Virus record (IMG/VR): IMGVR_UViG_3300021400_003144
Reading direction: 5' to 3' (one strand)
From: a virus
Taxonomy: Duplodnaviria > Caudoviricetes
Length of the DNA: 64,000 bases
Of the stretch, positions 41,194-51,327 are shown one piece after another. The position numbers and the translations under genes are program-made. A model generated the notes under the pieces. That model searched no databases, was not told the origin of the DNA, and was given only the letters and a program-made list of their open reading frames with translations. Positions within the stretch are counted from its first letter, which is position 1; every line of letters starts with the position of its first letter.

Positions 41194-43431
41194 ATGAGAG
41201 TACTTTTATTACTTAGAGGAGCTCCTGGGTGTGGAAAATCAACATTTATTGATTATAATGGTCTTAGACCTTATGCATTATCTGCTGATGAAATTAGGTT
41301 ACTGTGTCAATCTCCTCAGCAAACACCTGATGGTTCTGTTCAGATTGGGGTAAATCATGAGGAAAAGACCTGGCGTATCTTATTTGATTTGCTTGAAGCT
41401 CGTATGGAGAGTGGAGAGTTTACTATTATAGATGCTACGAACTCTAAAACATCTGAAATGAACAGATATAAAGAGATGGCAGATACATACAGATATAGAA
41501 TGTACTGTGTAGATTTTACAGACTTGCCTATTGAAGAGTGTAAAAGACGTAATGCAGGCAGAGAGCCTCTTAAGAGAGTTCCTGATGAAGCAATAGACAA
41601 GATGTATGCTAGGTTTAAGACTCAGAAGATACCTAGTGGTATCAAGGTAATTAAGCCTAGTGAACTTAGTACAATCTGGATGAAGCCTATTGACTTCTCT
41701 AAGTATAATAAGATAGTTCATATTGGAGATATACATGGATGCTATACAGCTTTAAAGGAATACTTTGATAAGAATGATATAGCTGATGAAAATACCTTTT
41801 ATATCTTTACTGGAGATTATATAGACAGAGGTATTGAGAATGTGGAAGTTATGAATTTCCTCTTTGAAGCAGCTAAGAGAAAGAATGTATTTCTTCTTGA
41901 GGGAAATCATGACAGATCTATTCAGATTTATGGTCATGGTGGTGCTTCAAGAAACAAAGAGTTCGAGTTTGGAACTAGGAAGCAGTTCGAGGATGCTCAT
42001 ATAGATACCAAGGAGCTTAGAAATCTTTATAGAAGATTTGGACAGTGTGCTTATTATACATATGATGATAAGACAGTGCTGGTATGCCATGGTGGAGTAG
42101 CTACTGTTCCTGATAACATAACTAAGTTAGCTACATGTCAGTTAATTAATGGTGTAGGCAAGTTTAGTGATGCAGATACTGTTGAAGATACTTGGATGAA
42201 CACTACTGAGAATAATATGTATCAGATACATGGACATAGAAATACTAAAATGAGTCCTATACAGTCAAGAGATAGAGTGTTTAATCTTGATGGTGCTGTA
42301 GAACATGGTGGTGAGCTTAGAATAGTAGAGCTTACTCATGATGGGTTTAAGTGTATAGGTATTAAGAATACAGTCTTTGCAGAAGATGCAAGCTTAGAGA
42401 ATATGTCTGAGTCAAGTGAGGTTGGAGCAAATGATACTGTAGCTGACTTGATTCTTAAGCTGAGAGCTGATAAAAAGAACATTGAAGAAAAGAACTTTGG
42501 ACATATAAGTTCCTTTAACTTTACAAGAGATGCCTTTATAAACAAAGATAATTGGAATAGCAGAACTGTAAAAGCTAGAGGCTTATATATTGATGTAGAT
42601 AAGCAGAAGATTGCAGCTAGGTCATTTGATAAGTTCTTTAATGTAAATGAAATGCCATTTACTAAGTTTGATATGCTTAAGAACAAGCTTAAATTCCCAG
42701 TGAAAGCCTATGTAAAAGAAAATGGTTTCCTAGGTATTGTAGCATATGATGAATATGGTGACTATGAGGATAACCTGATTGTAACAAGTAAGTCAAGCAT
42801 AACTGGAGATTTTTCAGGCTGGTTAAGAGATATGCTGAACAGAAAGACAGAGTATGATACTCGTAAGAAGATGGCTGAGTTCTGTAAGGCTAATGATTGT
42901 AGCTTGGTATTTGAATGTGTAGACATGGGTAATGACCCTCATATCATTGAATATCCTGAGTCTGAGCTGTATCTGCTTGCTTGTGTAAATAATGAGATTG
43001 AGTTCAAGCAGATGAGCTATAATAAGCTTGAGAAGTTAGGAAGAGAGCTTGGACTTAAGGTTAAGACATTGGCTTATACTCTTAATAATTGGAGTGAGTT
43101 CTATGATTGGTATACAGAGGTCAATGCTGATGACTATAAGTTTAATGATAGAATCATTGAGGGTTTTGTAATTGAAGATGCTTCAGGATTTATGACAAAG
43201 ATTAAGCTTAGCTACTATCAGTTCTGGAAACACATGAGAGCTGTAGCTAGAGAAACATTACGCTATGGTTATATAAGAAAAACTGGTGCATTGACAGATG
43301 AAACATCTAATATGTTCTATGGATTCTGTAGAAATCTATATAATGAGGCAGGAAGTCCTGTTATGAGAGACCTTATACCTAGAGATATAGTCTATCTCAG
43401 AAAGAGATTCTATGATAGTTTAAAGAAGTAA
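41194..43431 (+). CDS. Polynucleotide kinase-phosphatase / RNA ligase fusion (RNA repair)
   Basis: GAPGCGKST and IDATN kinase; GDIHG, GDYIDRG, GNHD phosphoesterase; KFFN, KENG, FE, EGFV, K.K ligase motifs. Confidence 0.9.
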   Translation: MRVLLLLRGAPGCGKSTFIDYNGLRPYALSADEIRLLCQSPQQTPDGSVQIGVNHEEKTWRILFDLLEARMESGEFTIIDATNSKTSEMNRYKEMADTYRYRMYCVDFTDLPIEECKRRNAGREPLKRVPDEAIDKMYARFKTQKIPSGIKVIKPSELSTIWMKPIDFSKYNKIVHIGDIHGCYTALKEYFDKNDIADENTFYIFTGDYIDRGIENVEVMNFLFEAAKRKNVFLLEGNHDRSIQIYGHGGASRNKEFEFGTRKQFEDAHIDTKELRNLYRRFGQCAYYTYDDKTVLVCHGGVATVPDNITKLATCQLINGVGKFSDADTVEDTWMNTTENNMYQIHGHRNTKMSPIQSRDRVFNLDGAVEHGGELRIVELTHDGFKCIGIKNTVFAEDASLENMSESSEVGANDTVADLILKLRADKKNIEEKNFGHISSFNFTRDAFINKDNWNSRTVKARGLYIDVDKQKIAARSFDKFFNVNEMPFTKFDMLKNKLKFPVKAYVKENGFLGIVAYDEYGDYEDNLIVTSKSSITGDFSGWLRDMLNRKTEYDTRKKMAEFCKANDCSLVFECVDMGNDPHIIEYPESELYLLACVNNEIEFKQMSYNKLEKLGRELGLKVKTLAYTLNNWSEFYDWYTEVNADDYKFNDRIIEGFVIEDASGFMTKIKLSYYQFWKHMRAVARETLRYGYIRKTGALTDETSNMFYGFCRNLYNEAGSPVMRDLIPRDIVYLRKRFYDSLKK

Positions 43432-43518
43432 GATGATGTAAAGATTGTGGTCTTGTTATGAAATTAAATTGAACATTGTTTCATAACAAGACCATTTTTA
43501 GATTTAGGGTAGGACATT

Positions 43519-43809
43519 ATGAATAAGGCATTGTTGAAAAAGAGAATAGTAATTGGAATGTTGATATTTGGACTATTGCCTTTTATGCTAATAGCAGGTT
43601 GCTTGATATATGATGCTTTTGATGGTGTAGCTGAGTTTAGTCTATTCATTCCACCTAATAAATGGTACTATGGGTTGGATGCAATAAGGTATGAGTTATT
43701 CTGGGTGTGGGTATTTATGTGTGCATATTGGTATATAAGTATTCCTTGGGTTGTTATATTTATAGCAATTCCTATTGGTTATATTCTATTTATAAGGAGT
43801 AAGGAATGA
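43519..43809 (+). CDS. Small membrane protein
   Basis: Hydrophobic 96 aa ORF. Confidence 0.6.
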   Translation: MNKALLKKRIVIGMLIFGLLPFMLIAGCLIYDAFDGVAEFSLFIPPNKWYYGLDAIRYELFWVWVFMCAYWYISIPWVVIFIAIPIGYILFIRSKE

Positions 43810-44270
43810 AAATAAAAGTAAGAGATATCATGGTTGGCTTAATAATGGGAGTTATGTTATTTTATATAGATATCGTAATGTATGATATTTATTCAAAGAG
43901 TGAGATAAGTGACCATTTAAGTGAAACAGAGTTTTTACTTAGGGAAAATAATGTTGGTTTAAGTGTAGTTACTAGAAATGAAGAAAAGAAAGCTGACCTT
44001 GATGATTTAAGTCTGTATGAAATATTGGAAGAAACAGGTAAGATAAAGTATAATCTTAAAGTTGGTGATAAAACATATGAATTACAGAGTATAGCTGATA
44101 AAGTTGTTAATGATGATGTAATAAGCCTAGAAGAAATTACTGATTCTAGAAGAAAAGAAATAAGTGACATGGTAGGTAAGTTTGATAGCATGTGGGGCAA
44201 TGTTACTATATTTTCAATACTGTTAGGATTAATAGTTGGTACATTTGCATCAGTACGAGGATTAATATAA
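43806..44270 (+). CDS. Two-TM membrane protein (paralogue of 44306)
   Basis: DLDDL, IKY.L..G.K.YEL.SI.DK, ISL.E.TD.RRKE.SD. Confidence 0.7.
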   Translation: MKIKVRDIMVGLIMGVMLFYIDIVMYDIYSKSEISDHLSETEFLLRENNVGLSVVTRNEEKKADLDDLSLYEILEETGKIKYNLKVGDKTYELQSIADKVVNDDVISLEEITDSRRKEISDMVGKFDSMWGNVTIFSILLGLIVGTFASVRGLI

Positions 44271-44305
44271 AAGATAGCTTGAACATTTGATATGGGGGAT
44301 AAACA

Positions 44306-44836
44306 ATGAGTAAAGAGAATTTATCAGTAACTGGGCAAGACATATATATTGGGATTGTATTTGGAGGGTTATGTTCACTAATATTTATAATAGGTTTTGC
44401 ACTTGGAATGCCTATGGACATTAGCAATAAGCTAAATGCATCAGAGTTTTATCTTAGAGGAAATACAAATAAGTTAAACATAATTATGAATGGAGAAACA
44501 GAGGCTGTGGATCTTGATAATTTGACTGTGTATTATAAGTTAGATGAACAAGATGCAGAAAAAGATGCAATAAAGTATGAGCTTATGGCTGGAGAGAAAA
44601 GATATGAGCTGTCAAGTATAAAGGATAAGATTATTGATGGTAAAATAATAAGCTTAGATGAATTTACTGATGCTAGAAGGAAAGAATTAAGTGACTTTAT
44701 AAAAAATGAGTTTAAGAGTATGTATAAATACACATTCATTACGTGGGGATTGGGAGCTGTAGTTGGGGCTATAATAAACATTATACTTAGTTTAAAGGAT
44801 GAGTCAAAGGAAGAATCAAAAAATGGATCTGACTAA
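44306..44836 (+). CDS. Two-TM membrane protein (paralogue of 43806)
   Basis: Same shared motifs. Confidence 0.7.
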   Translation: MSKENLSVTGQDIYIGIVFGGLCSLIFIIGFALGMPMDISNKLNASEFYLRGNTNKLNIIMNGETEAVDLDNLTVYYKLDEQDAEKDAIKYELMAGEKRYELSSIKDKIIDGKIISLDEFTDARRKELSDFIKNEFKSMYKYTFITWGLGAVVGAIINIILSLKDESKEESKNGSD

Positions 44837-45071
44837 ACTAATAACTGACTTTCATACAGGAAAGTGCTTCTGTGCAAAGGGTAAAGATAAGAACTTTAAT
44901 GAAGTATACCTAACCAGATTGAGTAATTTATTGCTTGTAGAAGTTAATAATAGCATAATAGATTTGAATGCAGACTTTGATATAGATAGAAAATCATTGA
45001 TAAGATTGAGAGATAAGCTTATTGAAAATAAAGTTGACATATTAACATTGAATTTTGATAAAGAGGTTTGA
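44823..45071 (+). CDS. Hypothetical protein
   Basis: Overlaps the upstream stop; ORF track start 44799. Confidence 0.55.
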   Translation: MDLTKLITDFHTGKCFCAKGKDKNFNEVYLTRLSNLLLVEVNNSIIDLNADFDIDRKSLIRLRDKLIENKVDILTLNFDKEV

Positions 45072-45080
45072 GAGGTTGAC

Positions 45081-45779
45081 ATGGGTTATACAGATGAGTG
45101 GACATTGGAAAAAATTAAATACTGTATAGATATGTCAAATATGTTTGGTAAGGTATATAAACTAAAAACTGGATGTACTTTAAATATTTTAAATGAAGAT
45201 GTTAGTATACTGAGTGTACCTGATGATGTATATGACATTGGTTATACTTCATTGGCTATTGGAGAATTTGATATACAGTGTAAAACTCTTATAGTAGTTG
45301 GAGGAGTCAATGTTTTTAGTATGAATTATGCTTTTGCTAATAATGTAAGTATAAAAAGAATTGACCTTAGATTCTTTGATATGCAGAAAATATGGAGTAT
45401 GAGTAGTGCATTTGCAGGGTGTATTAATCTAGAAGAGATATTATTTGGGCAGTATGAGTTACATAAATTAAGCTCAATGTCAAGAGCATTTAATGATTGT
45501 AGGTCTTTAAGAGAATTGGATTTGCAATGTGTTTATACAGATGATACTCCAGTAGCAATTGATGCAACATTTGGTAGATGTTATAGGCTAGAGAGATTGA
45601 ATTTAAAGAACATAAGTAATCTAAAATTAGACACTGGAGGTTATTATTATAACTTTTTACATGATTGTGTTAATCTAAAAGAAGTTATCAGTGACAATGA
45701 GATTATTAGTAATGTTTGGAAAAAGCATTTAAAATATATGAAAAACATTAAGGCTGAAAGAGATGCCCTAATGGGTTAA
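45081..45779 (+). CDS. Leucine-rich repeat protein (BspA/DUF285-like)
   Basis: Repeated SM..AF..C..L..LDL. Confidence 0.8.
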   Translation: MGYTDEWTLEKIKYCIDMSNMFGKVYKLKTGCTLNILNEDVSILSVPDDVYDIGYTSLAIGEFDIQCKTLIVVGGVNVFSMNYAFANNVSIKRIDLRFFDMQKIWSMSSAFAGCINLEEILFGQYELHKLSSMSRAFNDCRSLRELDLQCVYTDDTPVAIDATFGRCYRLERLNLKNISNLKLDTGGYYYNFLHDCVNLKEVISDNEIISNVWKKHLKYMKNIKAERDALMG

Positions 45780-45799
45780 AGAAGTTTAAGGGGATTGGC

Positions 45800-46561
45800 A
45801 TGAGTTATACAGATGAATGGACATGTGATAGAATTAAATACATAGCTGAAACATCAAGATGCATGAGTGATGGATACATTATTGATGATGGTGTTACTCT
45901 AAATATTATAAATAAATCTGTTGCTTTAATAGACGTGCATGATAATGTAGCTAAGCTAAAACAATTGTTTTTTGAGATAGAGAGACTTTATAACACTGAG
46001 TGTAAAGTTAGAGAGTTTATGAATAGCTCTGATACAACGATTATAGTGCATGGTGGTCATAATGTTACATCTATGAATAAGTCTTTTAGACTGCATAGAA
46101 TACATATTTCTAATGACAGAGTATACTGTCCTATAAGATTTGACCTCAGATGTTTTGATATGAGAAACGTTAGCCATATGATGAGTACATTTGAGAATTG
46201 TGGTGATACACAGGAGATTTTATTTGGTACTGATAAAGTAAGTAAAATACAAGATATGATGGACACTTTTAGAGATTGCTATTCATTACAAAAGTTAGAC
46301 TTACAGTGTATACATACAGATTGTATAGTACCAGAACTATGGAGAGTATTTGAAAGATGCTATAGTATAGAAGAAATAAACATGCCTAATTTTACTAATG
46401 CAATAATTAATCACTATGGTCAGATATTTGATAACTGCAGAAGTTTAAAGGTTTTGAATTGTCCTAATATAAGGATTAATAAGATTTGGAAAAAAGCTAT
46501 TGAGCATGTAAAAGAATTAGATGCATATTGTGAGTATTATGATTCTATAAATAGAAAATAA
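45800..46561 (+). CDS. Leucine-rich repeat protein, paralogue of 45081
   Basis: Shared M.YTDEWT...IKY start and M...F..C.SL..LDL repeats. Confidence 0.8.
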   Translation: MSYTDEWTCDRIKYIAETSRCMSDGYIIDDGVTLNIINKSVALIDVHDNVAKLKQLFFEIERLYNTECKVREFMNSSDTTIIVHGGHNVTSMNKSFRLHRIHISNDRVYCPIRFDLRCFDMRNVSHMMSTFENCGDTQEILFGTDKVSKIQDMMDTFRDCYSLQKLDLQCIHTDCIVPELWRVFERCYSIEEINMPNFTNAIINHYGQIFDNCRSLKVLNCPNIRINKIWKKAIEHVKELDAYCEYYDSINRK

Positions 46562-46590
46562 TCTTAAAGATAAATGGATTGGACTATAAT

Positions 46591-46815
46591 TAAAAATTGA
46601 TTGAGCAGTGGTAAATTTTTGAATGGGCATTGCAAAGAAGCATTGAGGTAAAAATTGATAGCAGTGAGGGTGTTTTCAAACAAATTTAAAAATAAAATTT
46701 TGTAGGATAAGTTGGAGGTAAGGTGTATTAATTATTTTGTCTTTTGAAAAAATTGGGGGCAGTGCAAAGATACAGTGACGAAAAATTGAGGTAGCAGTGG
46801 GTGCAAAAAATTGAG
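46591..46815. repeat. Non-coding imperfect direct repeats
   Basis: AAAAATTG(A/G)..GCAGTG four times and two copies of GGGCA(T/G)TGCAAAGA...AAAAATTGA..TAGCAGTG.G.GTG. Confidence 0.55.
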
Positions 46816-46911
46816 TTTTTGGTTGGTTGAAAATTTCCGAGTTTATTTATAAAAACAAATGTTCAAGAAAAATAAATAAAAACAAATGTTTTGAAATAAA
46901 AGATGAAAAAT

Positions 46912-46944
46912 AGTATTGACGAAATAGGTTATGAGTGTTAATAT
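46912..46944 (+). promoter_or_regulatory. SigA-type promoter (recurrent motif)
   Basis: AGTA-TTGACG, 17 nt ending GTGT, TAATAT. Confidence 0.7.
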
Positions 46945-46985
46945 ATAAAAGTAAGTTAAATAAAGATTTTGAGAGGGAAATAAAA

Positions 46986-47198
46986 ATGATAGCTATGATT
47001 AGCACTTTGATGCTCATGATATTTATAGGAATTAGCATAATGACTTTTGTTCTTAAGCTTGTATATAAAGCTTTCAGTCTGGCTATATCTGGAATGAGCT
47101 TTGGAGTTCAGGTTGTAGCTAAGATAGCATTTTTAGTACCTGTTATAATAGCAGCAATTTACTGCACTAAATTATTGGGAAATGGATTTATAGCTTAA
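46986..47198 (+). CDS. Small membrane protein
   Basis: GAGGG RBS before ATG 46986; hydrophobic. Confidence 0.6.
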   Translation: MIAMISTLMLMIFIGISIMTFVLKLVYKAFSLAISGMSFGVQVVAKIAFLVPVIIAAIYCTKLLGNGFIA

Positions 47199-47215
47199 TA
47201 GAATTGGAGTAATCA

Positions 47216-47392
47216 ATGATTAAAATTAAGAAAATCAAGAAGAAGTCTGATGGAACCACATTATATAACTGTATGAACTGTTGTAATAAACAAGCTGATT
47301 ATGATATGTTCATTGGAACAATACATCTGACAGTCTGTAAGGATTGTATTAAGCAGGTAAAAGATAACATACTTGATGTTGTTGTAGAGTAA
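47216..47392 (+). CDS. Small zinc-finger protein (58 aa, below the ORF-track cut-off)
   Basis: GGAG RBS; CMNC...CKDC. Confidence 0.6.
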   Translation: MIKIKKIKKKSDGTTLYNCMNCCNKQADYDMFIGTIHLTVCKDCIKQVKDNILDVVVE

Positions 47393-47527
47393 AGAGAAGG
47401 CGGTAGGCTGAGTTGATGTTTAAGGAGGCTTTTGGTCTCCTTTTTAATTTGTAAGTATAACTTTGATATAAATTTAGGCTGTAAAGTGTAAATAGTTATA
47501 AAATTAACAAATAGGAGGTAATTTTTT

Positions 47528-48274
47528 ATGAGTAAGAAACTTAAAAGAAGCATAGAGTCATTTTTTATAGCCCTTGTATTTCTCATAATGATAGCTCCTA
47601 TTGCTATGGTGTTCTCTGAGTGGAAAAATATTAGCATAGCTGAACTTGAAGCCATTAGTGGTTGGGCTCAGACAGTTATGATTATGTCAATAGCAATACC
47701 ATTTATATTAGTGATATATAGTAAGTTAACTAAGAGTTTATGTAGCTACTTCGGTATGCTAGTGCTGAGCATTGGTTTAATGATAGCTACTATACCCTCT
47801 GCTCTATCAAATATAGAAAAAATACCTATAGGATATAAGAATGTGCGTGCTAGGGGTGGAGTTATAACAGTTGATAGTGTTGATGAAGCTACCTATAATA
47901 ACTGGTTAGGCAATAGAGATATAGAGTTTTTCATTGGTAAGAATAAGGCTGAAGAATTTGTTATAGATAGTGTAGCAGAGTTAAATGAACTTGGAGCTGA
48001 ATGGATAGATGATAAGCTAGTAGTAAATTCAGAGAAGTTCAGTGATGAATATAGATTAACATGGTTAAAGAGAGGAATAAGCAGAAGTTTGTTAGCTTCA
48101 TACATATTGATTTTATTTGAACTTTTAGAATTTATAGCATGGAGGTATATAAATAAAAAGTTAGAAGCTGGAGATACAGTATTAGGCATTAAATCAGAGA
48201 GTGAAACAGATGATAATAATGTAAAAACTGTGAGAAAACAATTAGAAGCAATGAGTAAAATAGCAACTCGTTAA
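47528..48274 (+). CDS. Multi-TM membrane protein
   Basis: AGGAGG RBS; four hydrophobic segments. Confidence 0.65.
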   Translation: MSKKLKRSIESFFIALVFLIMIAPIAMVFSEWKNISIAELEAISGWAQTVMIMSIAIPFILVIYSKLTKSLCSYFGMLVLSIGLMIATIPSALSNIEKIPIGYKNVRARGGVITVDSVDEATYNNWLGNRDIEFFIGKNKAEEFVIDSVAELNELGAEWIDDKLVVNSEKFSDEYRLTWLKRGISRSLLASYILILFELLEFIAWRYINKKLEAGDTVLGIKSESETDDNNVKTVRKQLEAMSKIATR

Positions 48275-48285
48275 ATATAGAGTCT

Positions 48286-48322
48286 AAATACACTAACCTG
48301 TTAAAAGGGTTAGTGTATTTTT
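48286..48322 (+). terminator. Rho-independent terminator
   Basis: AAATACACTAACC / GGTTAGTGTATTT plus T. Confidence 0.85.
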
Positions 48323-48420
48323 ATGTATAAACTAAATGTCTTGTTGAATAGCATTATAAGCTAGTAAATAGTAGTTATTAAATTTTAAAATAAAATTTTA
48401 AGTTTATTTATGGGGGCAAC

Positions 48421-50718
48421 ATGAGCAAGACATTAGACTTTAGTAAAGATAAGGAGCTTATAAGACAGGATAGTACTGGTGAATATATAGAAGTAACATT
48501 AAATGTTAAGAAAGCTTTTGGAAAAGGTCGGTTATATAGTGATGGTAGCATGCTGATAGAAGAAGGACACTATAAAGCATGTGTACCTAGTGCAAATGAA
48601 GTATTCAAAAAGGCATACAGAAGTGACTTAGGTTTAAATGCAGATTCTGATGGTGATATTAAAAATATAAGAGTTGGAAGTGCATCAGGAGCAGCTAATA
48701 TCTTAGTGGGTGGTTTAAGTTCAGGTTATATTGTTTGGAAAGACAAGAAAGATAGGATTGTAGACTTTTATAGAGATACACATAATGAAAAAAGTGAAAC
48801 ACCTAAGAAAAGAGTAATTGCAGAGGTATTAGACCAAAAACCTCGTAGAAAGAATATAGGAACAGAAGGAAAGCCTTTAGAGACACTTGTAAATCCTGAT
48901 GTAAAGCAGATATTAGGTGATAAAGTTCATCTTGAAGAAGGTGATGAACTTACATGGTATAGAGATGCAAATATAAATATAATATGGCATACAGATGGCT
49001 CCTGTGATTTATTTGAGAGGGAGCACATAGGGATTTGTGGGGCTGTCTTTAGGATAGTGTATGGACACTGGAGAGGTAAGGGTGAGCATGGTTCTGGAAT
49101 GGAGCCTCAGCATTGGATATATAAAGGTATCAAAGTTTCTGATATTTTAAATGTTTATCCTAATTTTTGGAAAGCATGCGAAAATAGCCTAGATTATGGA
49201 GATAACACAGAAGCTGAGGATAACAGGAGTTATGAAATGGGCAGAACAAGCAATAAAGAAGCAGTTGATAAAGAAGGTGTAACTAAAGAAGCTGTTAGGC
49301 AACCTAAGTATTACTATGAGTCAACTAGGCTAAAATATAGAACAACAAATTCTGATGTACAATGCAGTGCTGTTAGAGATATTAATAAGATAAAAAGTCA
49401 ACTGTTTTATGAAGGTAGCAATAGCAATCAAGACACACCTTGGAAAATAGCAGAAGATATGATAGACCTACTTCCAGAAAGTGTATGGAATCCTCATACA
49501 AAGTTCTTAGACATCTATTGTAAGAGTGGTATATTCTTAGAAGTTATAAAGAATACACTTAAAGATAAATGTTATGAACAGTATAGAGAAATGGGATTAG
49601 CAACAGATACAGAGATAAACAAGTATATATTTGAGAATCAATTATATGGATTATGTTGGTCAAAAAGAAATTATGAATATACAGCTGAGAGTTTATTCAT
49701 GGTTAGAAGTCCTATGAATAGCTATAATATAAAGAAGTTAAGTGAAGTACTTAAGGCAGAAGAAAATACAGAAATATTAAAAGATGAACATGACGGAAAT
49801 ACGGATGAATACATAAAGAGAGATTATGTAACATTGGGATTGATTAAGAAATACAGGAAAAAGAATGAATATACAGGAGAAGATGAAATGACAATAGATG
49901 TAGTAGTAGGAAATCCGCCATATAACAAAGATATATACATTGACTTTGTAGAGAATGGGCATAAGATTGCAAGACAATACTGCTGTTTCATAACACCTGC
50001 CAAGTGGCAAGCCAAAGGTGGAGAAAAGAACGAGTCATTTCGTAAGAATATAGTTCCTCACATGAGTAAGATCGTTTATTATCCTAACACACCAGATGTA
50101 TTCTTTATAGGGGAAGCTGCTGGAATATCAGCATACAGAATAGATAAAGAAATATATGAAAAGAAAAAATTAGTTGTTAAAAGTAGCATACCAATTCTTA
50201 GGGGTAGCTGTGAGTTAACACATGATATGCCATTAGATATATGTGGGTGGAATATTATTAACAAAGTAAAAGGAAAAAGGATGTCTCTCAAAAATTATAA
50301 CACTGATAAGAAGTATAAAGTTTGGGTTAATAATCTTGTTGGACTTAGTGGTGGAGGCGGAGATTGGCACACATGTCTGTTTTCCAGAGACGGAAAGACT
50401 AATTTTTTAGGGAAGGTATCTTTATCAACATGTCTAGAAGAAGAAAAGAAAATGACTTTTAATCAGAAATGCTGTTTTTCATCAGACACTAAGATAGCAT
50501 GTGAAGCATTTAAGGCATATATATATACAAGGCTAGTTAGATTCTTACTTTATATAGGAAGGTGTGGTAACTCTGTAACAAATGATGAGACATGGCGTTT
50601 CGTCCCCGATCCAGGTGCATTTGACCACATCTTCACCGACCAAGAGTTATACACTAAATATAAATTGACTCAAGAAGAAATCAATGTAATTGAGTCAGTT
50701 ATAAAGGAGCGTAAGTAA
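48421..50718 (+). CDS. N6-adenine DNA methyltransferase (Eco57I-like) with N-terminal DUF4357-like and RAMA-like domains
   Basis: TP..IAEDM, KFLDIYCKSG.FL, VVGNPPY, ITPAKW, WRFVP, D.ELY.KY.L; SASGAA..VGG..SG...WKD at the N terminus. Confidence 0.85.
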   Translation: MSKTLDFSKDKELIRQDSTGEYIEVTLNVKKAFGKGRLYSDGSMLIEEGHYKACVPSANEVFKKAYRSDLGLNADSDGDIKNIRVGSASGAANILVGGLSSGYIVWKDKKDRIVDFYRDTHNEKSETPKKRVIAEVLDQKPRRKNIGTEGKPLETLVNPDVKQILGDKVHLEEGDELTWYRDANINIIWHTDGSCDLFEREHIGICGAVFRIVYGHWRGKGEHGSGMEPQHWIYKGIKVSDILNVYPNFWKACENSLDYGDNTEAEDNRSYEMGRTSNKEAVDKEGVTKEAVRQPKYYYESTRLKYRTTNSDVQCSAVRDINKIKSQLFYEGSNSNQDTPWKIAEDMIDLLPESVWNPHTKFLDIYCKSGIFLEVIKNTLKDKCYEQYREMGLATDTEINKYIFENQLYGLCWSKRNYEYTAESLFMVRSPMNSYNIKKLSEVLKAEENTEILKDEHDGNTDEYIKRDYVTLGLIKKYRKKNEYTGEDEMTIDVVVGNPPYNKDIYIDFVENGHKIARQYCCFITPAKWQAKGGEKNESFRKNIVPHMSKIVYYPNTPDVFFIGEAAGISAYRIDKEIYEKKKLVVKSSIPILRGSCELTHDMPLDICGWNIINKVKGKRMSLKNYNTDKKYKVWVNNLVGLSGGGGDWHTCLFSRDGKTNFLGKVSLSTCLEEEKKMTFNQKCCFSSDTKIACEAFKAYIYTRLVRFLLYIGRCGNSVTNDETWRFVPDPGAFDHIFTDQELYTKYKLTQEEINVIESVIKERK

Positions 50719-50755
50719 TATGTATTAATAATTAATTTATACATAGAATAAAAAG

Positions 50756-50837
50756 AGTACCCCTTATAATGGGGATTGAATATATTTTTTATACAGCTCT
50801 TCATCTGTGAAAATAGAACCCTCGTTGGGGATTGAAT
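50756..50837 (+). CRISPR. CRISPR mini-array 5: 2 repeats, 1 spacer
   Basis: ACCCCTTATAATGGGGATTGAAT and GAACCCTCGTTGGGGATTGAAT. Confidence 0.8.
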
Positions 50838-50880
50838 TTATTATAGGTAATAACATTAAGTTTGGGAGGAAAGTTTAAGT

Positions 50881-51327
50881 TTGAGTCAAAATAGCATAGT
50901 GAGATTAAGTAAAGACAATATAAATGAGCTTCTTGATTTTTGTAAAGGAAAATATCCATTAACAAAAGAAGTTGCTCATAATATATGTATAGGAACACAT
51001 CCTGTTAATCCTTGTACTCAAGTTTATGGTGTATTTTATAATGAAAATGGAAAAAGTGAGCTTGTAGCAATAATGACTGCAACATATAGCATTGTATTTC
51101 CGCACGAAGATGGAACTAGAATAGTACATATTAGTGGGGCATATACAAAAGATAATTTCAGAAATAGGGGATATGCATCTGATTTGTTAAAGGCTATCGA
51201 AAGAGATGCAAGGGATTATTTTCATGCAGATTATATGTGTTGTGATTCAATAGCAAATGAACTATATAAGAAAAATGGATTTAAAGAACCAGATGTAGAG
51301 ACAAGATTGTGGAAACAATTATCTTAA
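50881..51327 (+). CDS. GNAT family acetyltransferase
   Basis: YT...FRNRGYASDLL and A..LYKKNGF. Confidence 0.88.
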   Translation: MSQNSIVRLSKDNINELLDFCKGKYPLTKEVAHNICIGTHPVNPCTQVYGVFYNENGKSELVAIMTATYSIVFPHEDGTRIVHISGAYTKDNFRNRGYASDLLKAIERDARDYFHADYMCCDSIANELYKKNGFKEPDVETRLWKQLS

